This document shows positions 8,466-17,679 of a DNA stretch of 32,605 nt, one piece after another; positions within the stretch are counted from its first letter, which is position 1, and every line of letters starts with the position of its first letter. Origin of the DNA: a virus. Its lineage: Duplodnaviria > Caudoviricetes. The notes under the pieces were generated by a model that did not search any database, had not been told where the DNA came from, and saw only the letters and a program-made list of their open reading frames with translations. The DNA lies in IMG/VR virus record IMGVR_UViG_3300012940_000067, positions 1 to 32,605 of that record. One strand, written 5' to 3'. The translations under genes were made by a program, and so were the position numbers.

Positions 8466-9986
8466 TTATGATATTGATACGTTAAATCCAATGTTCACCT
8501 GGATATTACGCGCGGTTCCGATCGGAACGAGGTTAACAGTAATAACCAGTAAACCAGTTTGTAAAATGTTCTGGGTTGGGTTAACAACTACTTGTTCGGC
8601 ACTCAGCTCTCCATCCCTTACCATCTGCGCTAGGTTTCTCTCGGCCTCAGTTTCCAGGTAGGTAATTACGGTATCGGCTAAAGTACCATCAGCGTTGAGG
8701 GTTATGGGGCTATTCAACACGGGAACAAGCGAAACGTAGACGCCTCTTGTCGCCTTTTGAATTGTTCTGTTGTCGCTGATATATGCGTAGTCTGAAGTAG
8801 TAGCAATAGCGGAACTGTTTTCATTGAAGAAGGATCCCGCGTACCCTACAAACTTGCGAAGAAATATGTAGCGTTTATCTTGCAGCGCAGATAGCAGATT
8901 ATCTGTAACAGAAGCATCGCTAAATAGCTTGCCGTTGGCAAATGCCAAGGTGTCGCATTCCGTGCCATTGCTAATATTGAACTTCTGTACCCAGGCAATG
9001 CTTTCACTTACTTTTGCCAAAGCAACAGCGCCAAGCGCCGCGCCTAAAGTGGTTATAGATTTGCCATAAGCAGCGAAGAGTTGCGCACCAAGCGCGGCAC
9101 CGTCTTGAGAGATAATAGCACTACAAAGGTTTGCGTTTAAAACGGATAAATCAGCGATAGTTGAAATATCCGTTACTGCGGCCATGTCCGCAGCGTATAA
9201 AGCTATAAGCTCTTTGTGCTGACTGACCAAGGTATTGCACACATTATGGATAGCGGTAATATCGGCAGCGCTGAAAGCAGCGCCGTCTTTATATATTCCA
9301 ACCTGCCTGATTGCTCCGTTTGCATAGTTTTGCAACGTGATGATCTCTGAAAAAGTATAGCTGCCAGGTACAGCGAAGAATCCTACGAACAGGTTACCCT
9401 GTGGCTGGATCCTGAAATACTCTGCGATATGGTAATGCCAAACGGCCTGCAATGATGCGACGCCGCCAGTGAATTGGGCTATAGTCCCCGCGATTGTACC
9501 GACCACAGTAGCGGTTAGCGGCGTTCCTGAGTTGAGAAATACGCCAAGCCCTTTCCGTGCTTTTATGGTAACAACTGCGGCAGCAACAGTAGCAGTATAT
9601 CCGTGTGATTGAGTTCCAGCGTTAATAGCTGCCCCAATCGCGGTAGCAACATCACCTACCGCCGATTCAGCCGCTGTTTTAGTATAGGTTCCCAAAACAA
9701 CCTTTCCGGACGGCTCAGTAACAGCCAGTGTTACAGTATTGCCGTTTGTTCCAACTGCTGTTACTGTATATGTGCCTGTTGCCTGTGTTTCGTCGTTGTA
9801 GTCAGCCAGAATACCAGCATTTTCAGCATCCTGAACACTGAAAAACTGTTTTATTCGGTTCGTTGTACTGAATCCTGACGGTAGAGTAGCGCTGTAAAAC
9901 ACCAGGCCTGATATATAATCCTGCCCAGGTAAGGGCCTACCTAAACCGCCCTGTCCAAGTACAAAACGTATGTTGTTTAATGCCAT
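8466..9986 (-). CDS. Tail sheath protein (DUF2586-like)
   Basis: 506 aa. N-terminal GQGGLGR, C-terminal LQDKRYIFLRK.VGYAGSFFN, NRTIQKA.R and VPIGTARNIQVNIGF are sheath motifs. Confidence 0.88.
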   Translation of the reverse strand: MALNNIRFVLGQGGLGRPLPGQDYISGLVFYSATLPSGFSTTNRIKQFFSVQDAENAGILADYNDETQATGTYTVTAVGTNGNTVTLAVTEPSGKVVLGTYTKTAAESAVGDVATAIGAAINAGTQSHGYTATVAAAVVTIKARKGLGVFLNSGTPLTATVVGTIAGTIAQFTGGVASLQAVWHYHIAEYFRIQPQGNLFVGFFAVPGSYTFSEIITLQNYANGAIRQVGIYKDGAAFSAADITAIHNVCNTLVSQHKELIALYAADMAAVTDISTIADLSVLNANLCSAIISQDGAALGAQLFAAYGKSITTLGAALGAVALAKVSESIAWVQKFNISNGTECDTLAFANGKLFSDASVTDNLLSALQDKRYIFLRKFVGYAGSFFNENSSAIATTSDYAYISDNRTIQKATRGVYVSLVPVLNSPITLNADGTLADTVITYLETEAERNLAQMVRDGELSAEQVVVNPTQNILQTGLLVITVNLVPIGTARNIQVNIGFNVSIS

Positions 9987-10309
9987 TATTCTTCTGATTT
10001 TGGAATCTGAACTACATCACCTACTTTGATACCTTGTGCGACCAGATCGGGATTGTTTTTCAAATCCTCTTCAGTTACGATATGATCTTCAAAACCGTCA
10101 TCGGCTGACTGTTCCTGACTGATACCTTTAATCACATCATCGGCATCATATTCAGTGAAACCGTCCGCTTTGTGCAGATGATATTCACCAATAGCATTGA
10201 TATAAATCTTTTCGACGTAGGGGTGAAGCAGCAGGAAACCGGCTGCTTTTTCAAACGACTTGGTTTCCTGTGCTTTTTCACGTGCGGTATTCTTTCTACT
10301 CTTTCCCAT
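9986..10309 (-). CDS. Hypothetical late protein
   Basis: 107 aa, coupled to the sheath gene by TAATG; C-terminal HIVTEEDLKNNPDL..QGIKVGDVVQIP module. Confidence 0.7.
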   Translation of the reverse strand: MGKSRKNTAREKAQETKSFEKAAGFLLLHPYVEKIYINAIGEYHLHKADGFTEYDADDVIKGISQEQSADDGFEDHIVTEEDLKNNPDLVAQGIKVGDVVQIPKSEE

Positions 10310-10311
10310 GA

Positions 10312-10677
10312 TTAGGCAGTTAATGCACGGCCCATTTCTACCCAGACCGTACCGTTAAAAATGAACTCGATATAACCTTCTTTACTGGCTGCAAGGGTTA
10401 ACGTACCAGCGGACGAAAAGCCGGTGCCGAATGTGGCAGCTCTTCCAGTAGCATCACTTTTTAGGAGGAACCGGAGCTTATCCCCGATGTAGGGCTGTGC
10501 GGTATCGGCTGTAAAGGTCACTGCACCAGTTAACTGCGCAGGCACCACTAACGTATCCTGCTGAGTGGCTACTACCTTAATAGAGGCAGCGAATGCAGGT
10601 GCTTTATAATCCTGCGTTACGGTCCTAAACGTATTATCCTGATTAGGGCCGGGGGTAAAACGTGGGGTATTTGGCAT
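10312..10677 (-). CDS. Putative capsid decoration/structural protein
   Basis: 121 aa, beta-rich and T/A/G-rich, immediately after the capsid gene. Function is inferred from position only. Confidence 0.5.
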   Translation of the reverse strand: MPNTPRFTPGPNQDNTFRTVTQDYKAPAFAASIKVVATQQDTLVVPAQLTGAVTFTADTAQPYIGDKLRFLLKSDATGRAATFGTGFSSAGTLTLAASKEGYIEFIFNGTVWVEMGRALTA

Positions 10678-10687
10678 CTGATAAAGT

Positions 10688-11704
10688 TTAAAGGATGATT
10701 GTAGTGTAGAGTACTACGAGATCAGGGAAACCATATCGGGTATCCATCTTAAATAGTCCCTTAATAAAATACAACTCGCTGTTGGCCTGCAAACGCGCCA
10801 GTTGTAAGCCTTCCTGATCCTCTGTTGAGTTTACACCAATCCAAGGGTTTGAATCCAAATCAGGGCTTGAAATACAAGCGATGATGGTGTTATCAGGCAT
10901 GCCCGCCAGTGGCACAACGTCATAACCTTTATAGCGGTTAATACCTTTATCAGTTGTGTCGTTGTTTTTATAAGGCTGCGTGGTGTAGGCTTCTTCCAGG
11001 ATCTGCTGAGTAGCATAACTGATGTGGAACTTAAGCCCCTTTGCGCCGTATTTGTATAGCAGGGCTTGTGGCACCAACTTATATACTCTATTAAAGGCGT
11101 CCAAGATGTTTTCCTGACCGGCTGTAGCGCCTCCCGCAACAAGAGTTGCAGGGGAAGAAACCTTGATAGTTTCTGACTCCTGTAGTAGTCTTACCAATAG
11201 TCCGTCGAAATAGAAATATTGAGCATCACCAGCTGCTTGTCCTTTAGTTGTAGGGTCTAAGGCAGTACCTTCTGGATCAAATGCAATACGGCTTTTCCAG
11301 GTTGCGTTTTCAAACCATTCATTCAGACGTTTCATGGTTTGAAGCACGGTAAATTCCTCTGCTGTAGGCGGTAATTCACGATCCAGCAACTTAGGCTCCA
11401 GGTTAACTGCCTGCCAATGTTGTTCGTAATCACGGGGGTTAAATTCCAGGTACAACATCATGTCACGCGGTACAAGTACCTTTCCATCAACGTTGATATT
11501 GCCTTTGCTGGTAGGAGTTGCAGCACGTTTTTGCATGAAGTTTGACACCTCAATGCGTGGGATTGTGTACTGCTTTTTGATGCCATCCTGAACGTGCGCA
11601 CAGCCTTTTTGCACTGTGTCCATTTCGATTACAGGACGGGTAATGAAATAGCTGGCGGCTTCGCCGGCGTATGTGGTGTCTTGGATAACTAATGCTTCAG
11701 CCAT
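10688..11704 (-). CDS. Major capsid protein
   Basis: 338 aa following the protease/scaffold gene; TTYAGE, FDGLL and YKGYDVVPLAGMPDNT resemble Bacteroidota phage HK97-fold capsids. Confidence 0.8.
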   Translation of the reverse strand: MAEALVIQDTTYAGEAASYFITRPVIEMDTVQKGCAHVQDGIKKQYTIPRIEVSNFMQKRAATPTSKGNINVDGKVLVPRDMMLYLEFNPRDYEQHWQAVNLEPKLLDRELPPTAEEFTVLQTMKRLNEWFENATWKSRIAFDPEGTALDPTTKGQAAGDAQYFYFDGLLVRLLQESETIKVSSPATLVAGGATAGQENILDAFNRVYKLVPQALLYKYGAKGLKFHISYATQQILEEAYTTQPYKNNDTTDKGINRYKGYDVVPLAGMPDNTIIACISSPDLDSNPWIGVNSTEDQEGLQLARLQANSELYFIKGLFKMDTRYGFPDLVVLYTTIIL

Positions 11705-11716
11705 GTGGGTTAACTG

Positions 11717-12865
11717 TTATTTTAAACGATTTGATAGTTGCGTCATTGCGAGAGCAACGCCGCCTTTCATCTCAATGGTTTCTTTAGGCTCCCGGTTAAC
11801 AGTTTCGAATTTTGCGGCAGTCTTGTTCACTGGCATACTGTCAAGCCTGTTTTTAATCTTCTCAAAGTCTGCTACTGCATCTTCAGTCCAATCAGCGATA
11901 ACTTTAGCCTCGTTCTTGATCTTGCCCGCTTTAACCGCGGCGTTAATCAATCCTTCTGCTTTTTCCTTCTTGATGCGGTTTTCGACCTCAATTTTTTCTG
12001 CGTTTGCGGTGTCAAGGTCGGATTTCAGTTTATCGTAGTCGGCTTGCAGCTTTTCAGCCTTATTTTTTGCTTCATCCAGCTCATTTTTCAGCTTATTAAG
12101 GGCTTCAGTGGATGAATTTTTTAATGCGGCTAACTCGCTTTCTGCTGTTGTTGCGCGGTTCATTACCGCATCAACTGCGGTAACAATGCTATCTTCATTA
12201 GCTTCAGCGTTTAATCCTAATTTGTTGGTAACCTTTAGCATTTTTTTAAGGTTTGGGGTGATAATCTTGTTCACTATTTTGTTGGCTTCTTTCCAGTAGT
12301 CAGAGAGTGAGTTAACAGAGGAAAGACGCTTTTTATTTAAATCGATACTGTTTTCTATCGAATCGCATAGCCCGAGTTGTAAGGCTTCATCAGCGGAAAT
12401 AAACGTAGTTCGGTTCATCATCCGGGAAGTGGTTTCTTCGTCCATACCACTTCTGCCGCAAATCATTTTAACCAGGGATGCCTTTGTTGCATCCAACAGC
12501 TTCGTGCTTTCGCTACCAGATGGATTATGATACATCTGTACACCGTAATCGGCCATAACCCGGTTTCTGCCTGCTTGAAATATTACGGCGGCTATGCTTG
12601 CGGCCATGCCCACACAATAAGTATCAACTTTTGTGTTGCTTTTAAGGATAGCGTTATATATTGCATACCCTTCCATCACATTGCCGCCAGTCGAATTAAT
12701 CCATACCTGAATGCGTTTTTTGCCCATTCCGTCAAGGGTTAACAGCTCCTGTTGAAACAGGTCGCCCCGTATACCTTCGCCATCCTCTTCATCATATCCG
12801 ATATGGCGATTGATAAGCATAATAGGCTCGTCAGATTCGATGTTCACTGTGTATAAAAACGGCAT
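11717..12865 (-). CDS. ClpP-family prohead protease fused to a coiled-coil scaffold domain
   Basis: INSTGGNV, GMAASIAAVI (catalytic Ser) and MYHNP (His). The C-terminal half is charged and coiled-coil-like with AVKAGKI. Confidence 0.9.
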   Translation of the reverse strand: MPFLYTVNIESDEPIMLINRHIGYDEEDGEGIRGDLFQQELLTLDGMGKKRIQVWINSTGGNVMEGYAIYNAILKSNTKVDTYCVGMAASIAAVIFQAGRNRVMADYGVQMYHNPSGSESTKLLDATKASLVKMICGRSGMDEETTSRMMNRTTFISADEALQLGLCDSIENSIDLNKKRLSSVNSLSDYWKEANKIVNKIITPNLKKMLKVTNKLGLNAEANEDSIVTAVDAVMNRATTAESELAALKNSSTEALNKLKNELDEAKNKAEKLQADYDKLKSDLDTANAEKIEVENRIKKEKAEGLINAAVKAGKIKNEAKVIADWTEDAVADFEKIKNRLDSMPVNKTAAKFETVNREPKETIEMKGGVALAMTQLSNRLK

Positions 12866-12869
12866 GACG

Positions 12870-12902
12870 TGAAATTAAAATGCCGTAATTTTTTAGGTCG
12901 AA
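12870..12902 (-). promoter_or_regulatory. Degenerate Bacteroidota-type promoter ahead of the protease/capsid/tail operon
   Basis: TTCG(12902-12899)-N21-TAATTTCA(12877-12870) versus the consensus TTTG-N19-21-TAnnTTTG; ends 4 nt before the ATG. Confidence 0.3.
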
Positions 12903-12922
12903 AAGTGGGCTACATTTTTCGT

Positions 12923-13120
12923 TTAGTAGCTATTCTTTGACTGTAATTTTTGCAGTTGCTCCTTAGGCATAGAATCGATAAAAGAGCGAACCATAATGCG
13001 CACTGCCTCGCTACAAGATATCTCATTGCATTCTGCGTATGAGGCCACTAGCCGCCTATATCGCGGCGGCAATGTGGCTTTTACCTGGTTTCTCCATCTA
13101 TCGTTTTTCTTCTCCTGCAT
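12923..13120 (-). CDS. Small ribbon-helix-helix-like DNA-binding protein
   Basis: 65 aa; VKATLPPRYRRLVASYAECNEISCSEAVRIMVRSFI fits the strand-helix-helix RHH pattern. Confidence 0.55.
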   Translation of the reverse strand: MQEKKNDRWRNQVKATLPPRYRRLVASYAECNEISCSEAVRIMVRSFIDSMPKEQLQKLQSKNSY

Positions 13121-13128
13121 AGTTATAT

Positions 13129-14028
13129 TTAGAACATGCGTTGTACAAACAATACTGATAAATAAGGCGGCATGTTATTATGCGGTTGATTATTTCCTAT
13201 TGAGTTTGTTTTCGCAGATTCGGTTTGGAAATGGTACTGCGTGCCGTCTACTCCCTCTGGGCCTGGCTTTATAGTCAACTTATCGTAATCAAACTGCAAA
13301 ACGGGTAGTTCATCAGTTGTGAGTGTGTGTTGCTTTTCTCCCGATGCATTGTTGTAAGGATTAGCAAAATCAGGGTCTCCTGGATCATACGCAACTGGCA
13401 TGCGGCCTTTCATGTTAATTGCGCCAGCTTGCCCATTCACTATTTGCCAACCAATTGTATACGGATGAATCCCTGCACCGGAGTTGTTGAAATATGTTGC
13501 AAGAGGCCCAGGAGGCACCCACATTACTACCTGGCCAACGCTTCCTTGTATCCTGCGATTTACGTCGACCCAATTCAAATAATCTGCGGCACCAGAGCCG
13601 CTTAACCCTGCCTGCACAACGCATTTTCGTATCTGGTGAACGTTTCTCGTTACACCATCTGTAAACTGTACAGGGTCAGCAATGGTATCTGAGTAGAAAG
13701 ATAAGCCCGTAGTTACAGTAGGTGGATTGGGAATGATCCCAACGGCGGTAACGCTTGGCCCACTCACGGTAAACGTTGTCGCGTCTACCAGGTAAACTTC
13801 ACCGTTATAGAATATAGCGCCCGCGGAGATATTAAAGGTATTGCCGGAGCCAGAGTTAACACACCCATTTAAGATATACACCTTTGAAGGGTCATATCCT
13901 GATCCGGATAAACATTTACCGATAGCAGAGATTACTTCTTGGTATGCTAACTGTAGGTGATTAAGCGTACCAGCTTTCATGGGAAAGCCTACCGAACCGG
14001 TAATGGATGAAGTGTCTAGTTTTCTCAT
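13129..14028 (-). CDS. Short tail fibre/collar-domain baseplate protein
   Basis: N-terminal anchor (GFP...LQ.AY...ILNGC...G.IFYNGEV) and C-terminal collar-like GWQIVNG...KGRMPV...GEKQHTLT.DELP...HNNMPPY. Confidence 0.75.
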   Translation of the reverse strand: MRKLDTSSITGSVGFPMKAGTLNHLQLAYQEVISAIGKCLSGSGYDPSKVYILNGCVNSGSGNTFNISAGAIFYNGEVYLVDATTFTVSGPSVTAVGIIPNPPTVTTGLSFYSDTIADPVQFTDGVTRNVHQIRKCVVQAGLSGSGAADYLNWVDVNRRIQGSVGQVVMWVPPGPLATYFNNSGAGIHPYTIGWQIVNGQAGAINMKGRMPVAYDPGDPDFANPYNNASGEKQHTLTTDELPVLQFDYDKLTIKPGPEGVDGTQYHFQTESAKTNSIGNNQPHNNMPPYLSVLFVQRMF

Positions 14029-14034
14029 TGGTAT

Positions 14035-14706
14035 TTAGTAGGTTACAACCGTGTACAAGATGCCTGCGATTATGTACTGATCAGCGTAATTCCTTATAAT
14101 CTTCTCACAATTGAGTGAATCGGGATCTAAGCTGTTGTACAGAGCCAGGGGCACATGTATCGTTAAATTGTAAAATGGGTTAAACGTATATGAGTTAATT
14201 ACAAATTCAGATGAGGTCGTGGCGTATACGATAGATGAGGTTTGTTCGGTACCTCCAACAATAAATACGCTGCTGGGTTTAGCTGCAACAGTTAAATATA
14301 TATCACTCACCCCCGGAGGCTGCCTAAAAACGCTGCCAAAATACTTGTTTATTGCGTATTCAAATATCAACTTGTTGCCGGTATACAGTACTCGCTCAAA
14401 TACCCCTATGAAATTATCCTGGATAACCATCCAGGAGGATTGCACATAGGGTGCGTCTGTGTTATTGTCCGTTAGGCTTTCATACACCTTTTGCTTATAC
14501 AATACCCGATCATACTTACTGTAGGTAGCCCCAACTATCCAGGCAACGGCCGAGGATCCGGTGCGATAGCTGCCCATCCATAAATCACGTAACCACTGAA
14601 TCGGCTTTATAAGCACCTTGAGCCACGCTACCATGAGCGGATATCGCTTATCTGGCGGGGCCGTTTGCACAGCTATTTTATTTAAATCTACGTCGTATAT
14701 GCTCAT
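14035..14706 (-). CDS. Baseplate wedge protein (P2 gpI/Mu gp48-like) with a CBM5/12-like insertion
   Basis: Lies between the J-like and fibre genes; PPDKR...WLKVLIKP, FEYAINKYF and YIIAGILYTV motifs. Confidence 0.65.
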   Translation of the reverse strand: MSIYDVDLNKIAVQTAPPDKRYPLMVAWLKVLIKPIQWLRDLWMGSYRTGSSAVAWIVGATYSKYDRVLYKQKVYESLTDNNTDAPYVQSSWMVIQDNFIGVFERVLYTGNKLIFEYAINKYFGSVFRQPPGVSDIYLTVAAKPSSVFIVGGTEQTSSIVYATTSSEFVINSYTFNPFYNLTIHVPLALYNSLDPDSLNCEKIIRNYADQYIIAGILYTVVTY

Positions 14707-15552
14707 TTACTCAGGTATAAATTGTAAACTATCTGCTAAGGTCTTGCCTGCTGTCGTTTCAGGGATAATGTAGCCGCTTACAGTAGGCCATAGCCGGGAA
14801 ATAACCTGGTTGTTTAATACCAAGTAGGTTCCAGCAGTAAAAGGAGCGTTAAAGGGCCTCGCAGATACGTTTTGCAGCAACACATCAGTAACACCGGTAA
14901 CATTTCGTATCGCAAACTCTAAACTGCTGATACGCACCTGGCCATTAAAGGGTAATTGCGCAAGAAACGTATTGATTGCCTGTAACACGTTAGCGCTGAT
15001 CACATCGCTATACTGCCCATTGTAGAATACCTGCCCTTGGATATATAGTTGATCAGGATCAGTACTAACGACATTGTAGGATACTCCTGCCGCGCCAATA
15101 AGATTTACGTAGCTCTGCAAGGCGCTGAGCTGAGACGCCGTTAACGCCTGTGGCGGTTCATTACGGGCGACTTTCACAATAACGTTGTTGGCAATATTGG
15201 TCGTCACACTACAGCGGGTTATAATGCGCAAGGAAGGATCAACAACAGGATAGGTTGGCGCTAGATCTACTAACTGTATGATCTGTGGAACATCGGCGCT
15301 GTATTGAAACTGAAAAACTCTATCCTGGATCCACGCCGCGCTTGCCGGCGCGCCTTTACTCACAGTACTTTCTACGGCAGACTTAAATATATCCATAAGC
15401 TGTTCCAATAAACCGATAGAAACGCTTACGATATAGGTCCAGAGCCGGTAAATAGCCCGTTTGCTCGTTGATGTAAGCAAAGAGCTTAGTAAAGGATCTG
15501 CCTTTACCTGATCAAGCATTTGTTGCTGTATTTGAGATATAGTTCTTGCCAT
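14707..15552 (-). CDS. Baseplate wedge protein J-like
   Basis: MARTISQI...TSKRAIYRLW...VKVA...IGAAGV...LPFNG...IRNVTGV, typical of Bacteroidota phage J-like proteins. Confidence 0.75.
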   Translation of the reverse strand: MARTISQIQQQMLDQVKADPLLSSLLTSTSKRAIYRLWTYIVSVSIGLLEQLMDIFKSAVESTVSKGAPASAAWIQDRVFQFQYSADVPQIIQLVDLAPTYPVVDPSLRIITRCSVTTNIANNVIVKVARNEPPQALTASQLSALQSYVNLIGAAGVSYNVVSTDPDQLYIQGQVFYNGQYSDVISANVLQAINTFLAQLPFNGQVRISSLEFAIRNVTGVTDVLLQNVSARPFNAPFTAGTYLVLNNQVISRLWPTVSGYIIPETTAGKTLADSLQFIPE

Positions 15553-16181
15553 TATCTAAGTTTTGGATGTTGAGGCATAAAGTACCTACGGTCTGAATTG
15601 TCAGGTATATAGGGCTTATAGCCAGGGTGCGGAAATAACATGTTATTCTCTACCCCAGGTATGTTATCTTCAACGTTTACCTGCACCTGCAAGCCAGTTG
15701 GCGGGTCTTTGGTGATGAACTTTCCACTATCAGGATCAAGTGGAGAGCCTTTTGTATCGATAAAGTTCACCGCGAAATCTATGGTATAGTGGTATATGTT
15801 ATCATGCTCATAGTCCTGTTCCTCCAAGATCTTCGTCATCGGGCTGCAGCCTGTTGGCGCATATAACTGAAGCGCTTCAATAACCTGATCACGTAAATCA
15901 AATACCGCCAAATCCTGTTCAAACGTGCCGTTTTGTGCGTCATAACATTCTGTAACCAGGTGAATACGAAATATCAGGTCCGCAGATGACAACCCCAAGG
16001 CTAGTGTATCCCACATGATGCCCGGCTGGGTTTCAACGAAGGCTGCCGGCTTTGGAAAGTTGTATAATTCGCCTGATTTTTCGTAATCAACCTGATTATT
16101 CCAAATACGGATGTATTGTAAGCTCAAAACTCCCGTTAGCTTACTCATGATATCCAGTATTGGTTGCTTAATTCCGGCCAT
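15552..16181 (-). CDS. Putative tail terminator/completion protein (Mu gp37-like)
   Basis: IRIWNNQV...PKPAAFVE motif; follows the gpG-like gene with a TAATG overlap. Confidence 0.55.
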   Translation of the reverse strand: MAGIKQPILDIMSKLTGVLSLQYIRIWNNQVDYEKSGELYNFPKPAAFVETQPGIMWDTLALGLSSADLIFRIHLVTECYDAQNGTFEQDLAVFDLRDQVIEALQLYAPTGCSPMTKILEEQDYEHDNIYHYTIDFAVNFIDTKGSPLDPDSGKFITKDPPTGLQVQVNVEDNIPGVENNMLFPHPGYKPYIPDNSDRRYFMPQHPKLR

Positions 16182-16630
16182 TATTTGAAATTGTTAAGTG
16201 TATTTTGGTTAATAATCTTCTTTGTTATACTATCTACTTCTCTATTCCAGCCCATATATTGCCGTTTGGGCATTCTTCCGCGCATACCCTCATTGTGGAT
16301 TGTAGCGTAAGGGCGGTTAACTTCAAACCTGATCTGCTTGGCTGTGGTAACCCTCAAACTGTTGTTAACGGCTCTGCGGAGCGCCCCCGTGCCGATCAGG
16401 ATTTTTCTTTTTCGTCGGCTTAACCCTTTGTGCTTTGGATATCTGTATTCCGGTGTGCCCGGAATACGTCTTTTTACCTCTTTCCACCGCTTGTTGCCCC
16501 ATGCTTCCTTGTCAAAGGATTTTAGAAAGTAGTTTTTTTGAGCTATACCGATTTGCCGAACAAGTTTTATCTCATTCTTTTTAAAGTTTGTTAGTACAAC
16601 ATCGAACCCAAATTTGGTTTTTTCAGCCAT
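16181..16630 (-). CDS. Phage virion morphogenesis protein (Mu gpG-like)
   Basis: Basic protein with ILIGTGALRRA, PYATIHNEG and MPKRQYMG. Confidence 0.85.
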   Translation of the reverse strand: MAEKTKFGFDVVLTNFKKNEIKLVRQIGIAQKNYFLKSFDKEAWGNKRWKEVKRRIPGTPEYRYPKHKGLSRRKRKILIGTGALRRAVNNSLRVTTAKQIRFEVNRPYATIHNEGMRGRMPKRQYMGWNREVDSITKKIINQNTLNNFK

Positions 16631-16929
16631 TATGCCTTAACAGGTTTATAAAACTCAAACATGATAGGCTCCCATTGCATGTGCGTGCCTCGGACAACAG
16701 GGACGTGATCGAATGTTAATTGATCTTCGTCTTTTAAAACCTGTTTATCTTTCCCTGACAACATAAGCACTTCAACCCCTTTACGGAAAAGATCATAGTA
16801 GGAGGGGCGCAAGATCACCGCCTTTATAGGGCTGCGGCGCTTACGGTGATACCCAATCGCCTGTGCAACCAAGTCGATTGCGTTATTATGGGTGCGTTTA
16901 TACTCACTGAAATCAAATGGTTGTTTCAT
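16630..16929 (-). CDS. Hypothetical protein
   Basis: 99-aa ORF in the operon with a TAATG overlap to the next gene. Confidence 0.7.
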   Translation of the reverse strand: MKQPFDFSEYKRTHNNAIDLVAQAIGYHRKRRSPIKAVILRPSYYDLFRKGVEVLMLSGKDKQVLKDEDQLTFDHVPVVRGTHMQWEPIMFEFYKPVKA

Positions 16930-16941
16930 TGTTCACTGTAT

Positions 16942-17679
16942 TTACTTAACCGGTAAATTGAAATTCTTACGTGCAAAAGCAAGATCCTTTCTCGGCACTT
17001 CGGTGAAATAAGGGTGTTCTTTTGTGAATATCTGCCCTGTAATACCAACATTGTTTTGAAAATATCCAGATATCTTTTCGTCAACCCGGTCTATTAGCTG
17101 CTGCACTTTTGCTTTGCTCGTACTACGAGCGCTTTTATCCTCCTGCACCAGCGTACACCGGCAGCGCCAGTGATTGGTAGGTGATTTGGTATGCCAAACA
17201 GGGTGATTTACTGGTAGACACAAACCGTTTAATTGCTTGCATATCTCGGAAGTAACGGCATCCATAACCGCCGAATAACGCAGTTTGGGATATATATCTG
17301 CGTCGGCTTCTATCTGCTTCCAGCGCTTTGCGTTTTGGGCTTGAGCTAATATCGTTTCATTTTCGGATACAGCCCATGTCTGATACTTTTCATATATTGG
17401 TAAAGCTTTTTCGGCGTAGTCTTTGTATGTTTTCGCCCCCCGTTTCGCGGCTTGTAACTCTCTGGTAAGCTGGTAGGTCTTTGCCGCGGAAAAGGCCTGT
17501 ACATTAACCCCCAATTCGTTATAGAAGGCTTTTTGACCTGCTACGCTTTCAAAACCCTGTTTCAGCGTTTTGGTATAATCTTTTACAGTAGATTGGTAAT
17601 ACTTAACAGGCAAATTCCTGGTGTTTATTTCACCCGCATAAATGCCTTTAAGCATCGTATTTACCGCTTTTGGGGTCAT
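16942..17679 (-). CDS. Head morphogenesis protein (Mu gpF/SPP1 gp7 family)
   Basis: LRYSAVMD...C..LNG...P.NHWRCRCT and F.NNVG motifs; follows the portal gene. Confidence 0.88.
   Translation of the reverse strand: MTPKAVNTMLKGIYAGEINTRNLPVKYYQSTVKDYTKTLKQGFESVAGQKAFYNELGVNVQAFSAAKTYQLTRELQAAKRGAKTYKDYAEKALPIYEKYQTWAVSENETILAQAQNAKRWKQIEADADIYPKLRYSAVMDAVTSEICKQLNGLCLPVNHPVWHTKSPTNHWRCRCTLVQEDKSARSTSKAKVQQLIDRVDEKISGYFQNNVGITGQIFTKEHPYFTEVPRKDLAFARKNFNLPVK

Noticed and set aside
2626-9986. Tail genes as an extracellular contractile injection system or tailocin
   Set aside because: Capsid, portal, terminase and replication genes are present and intact, and no eCIS-type AAA ATPase is seen.
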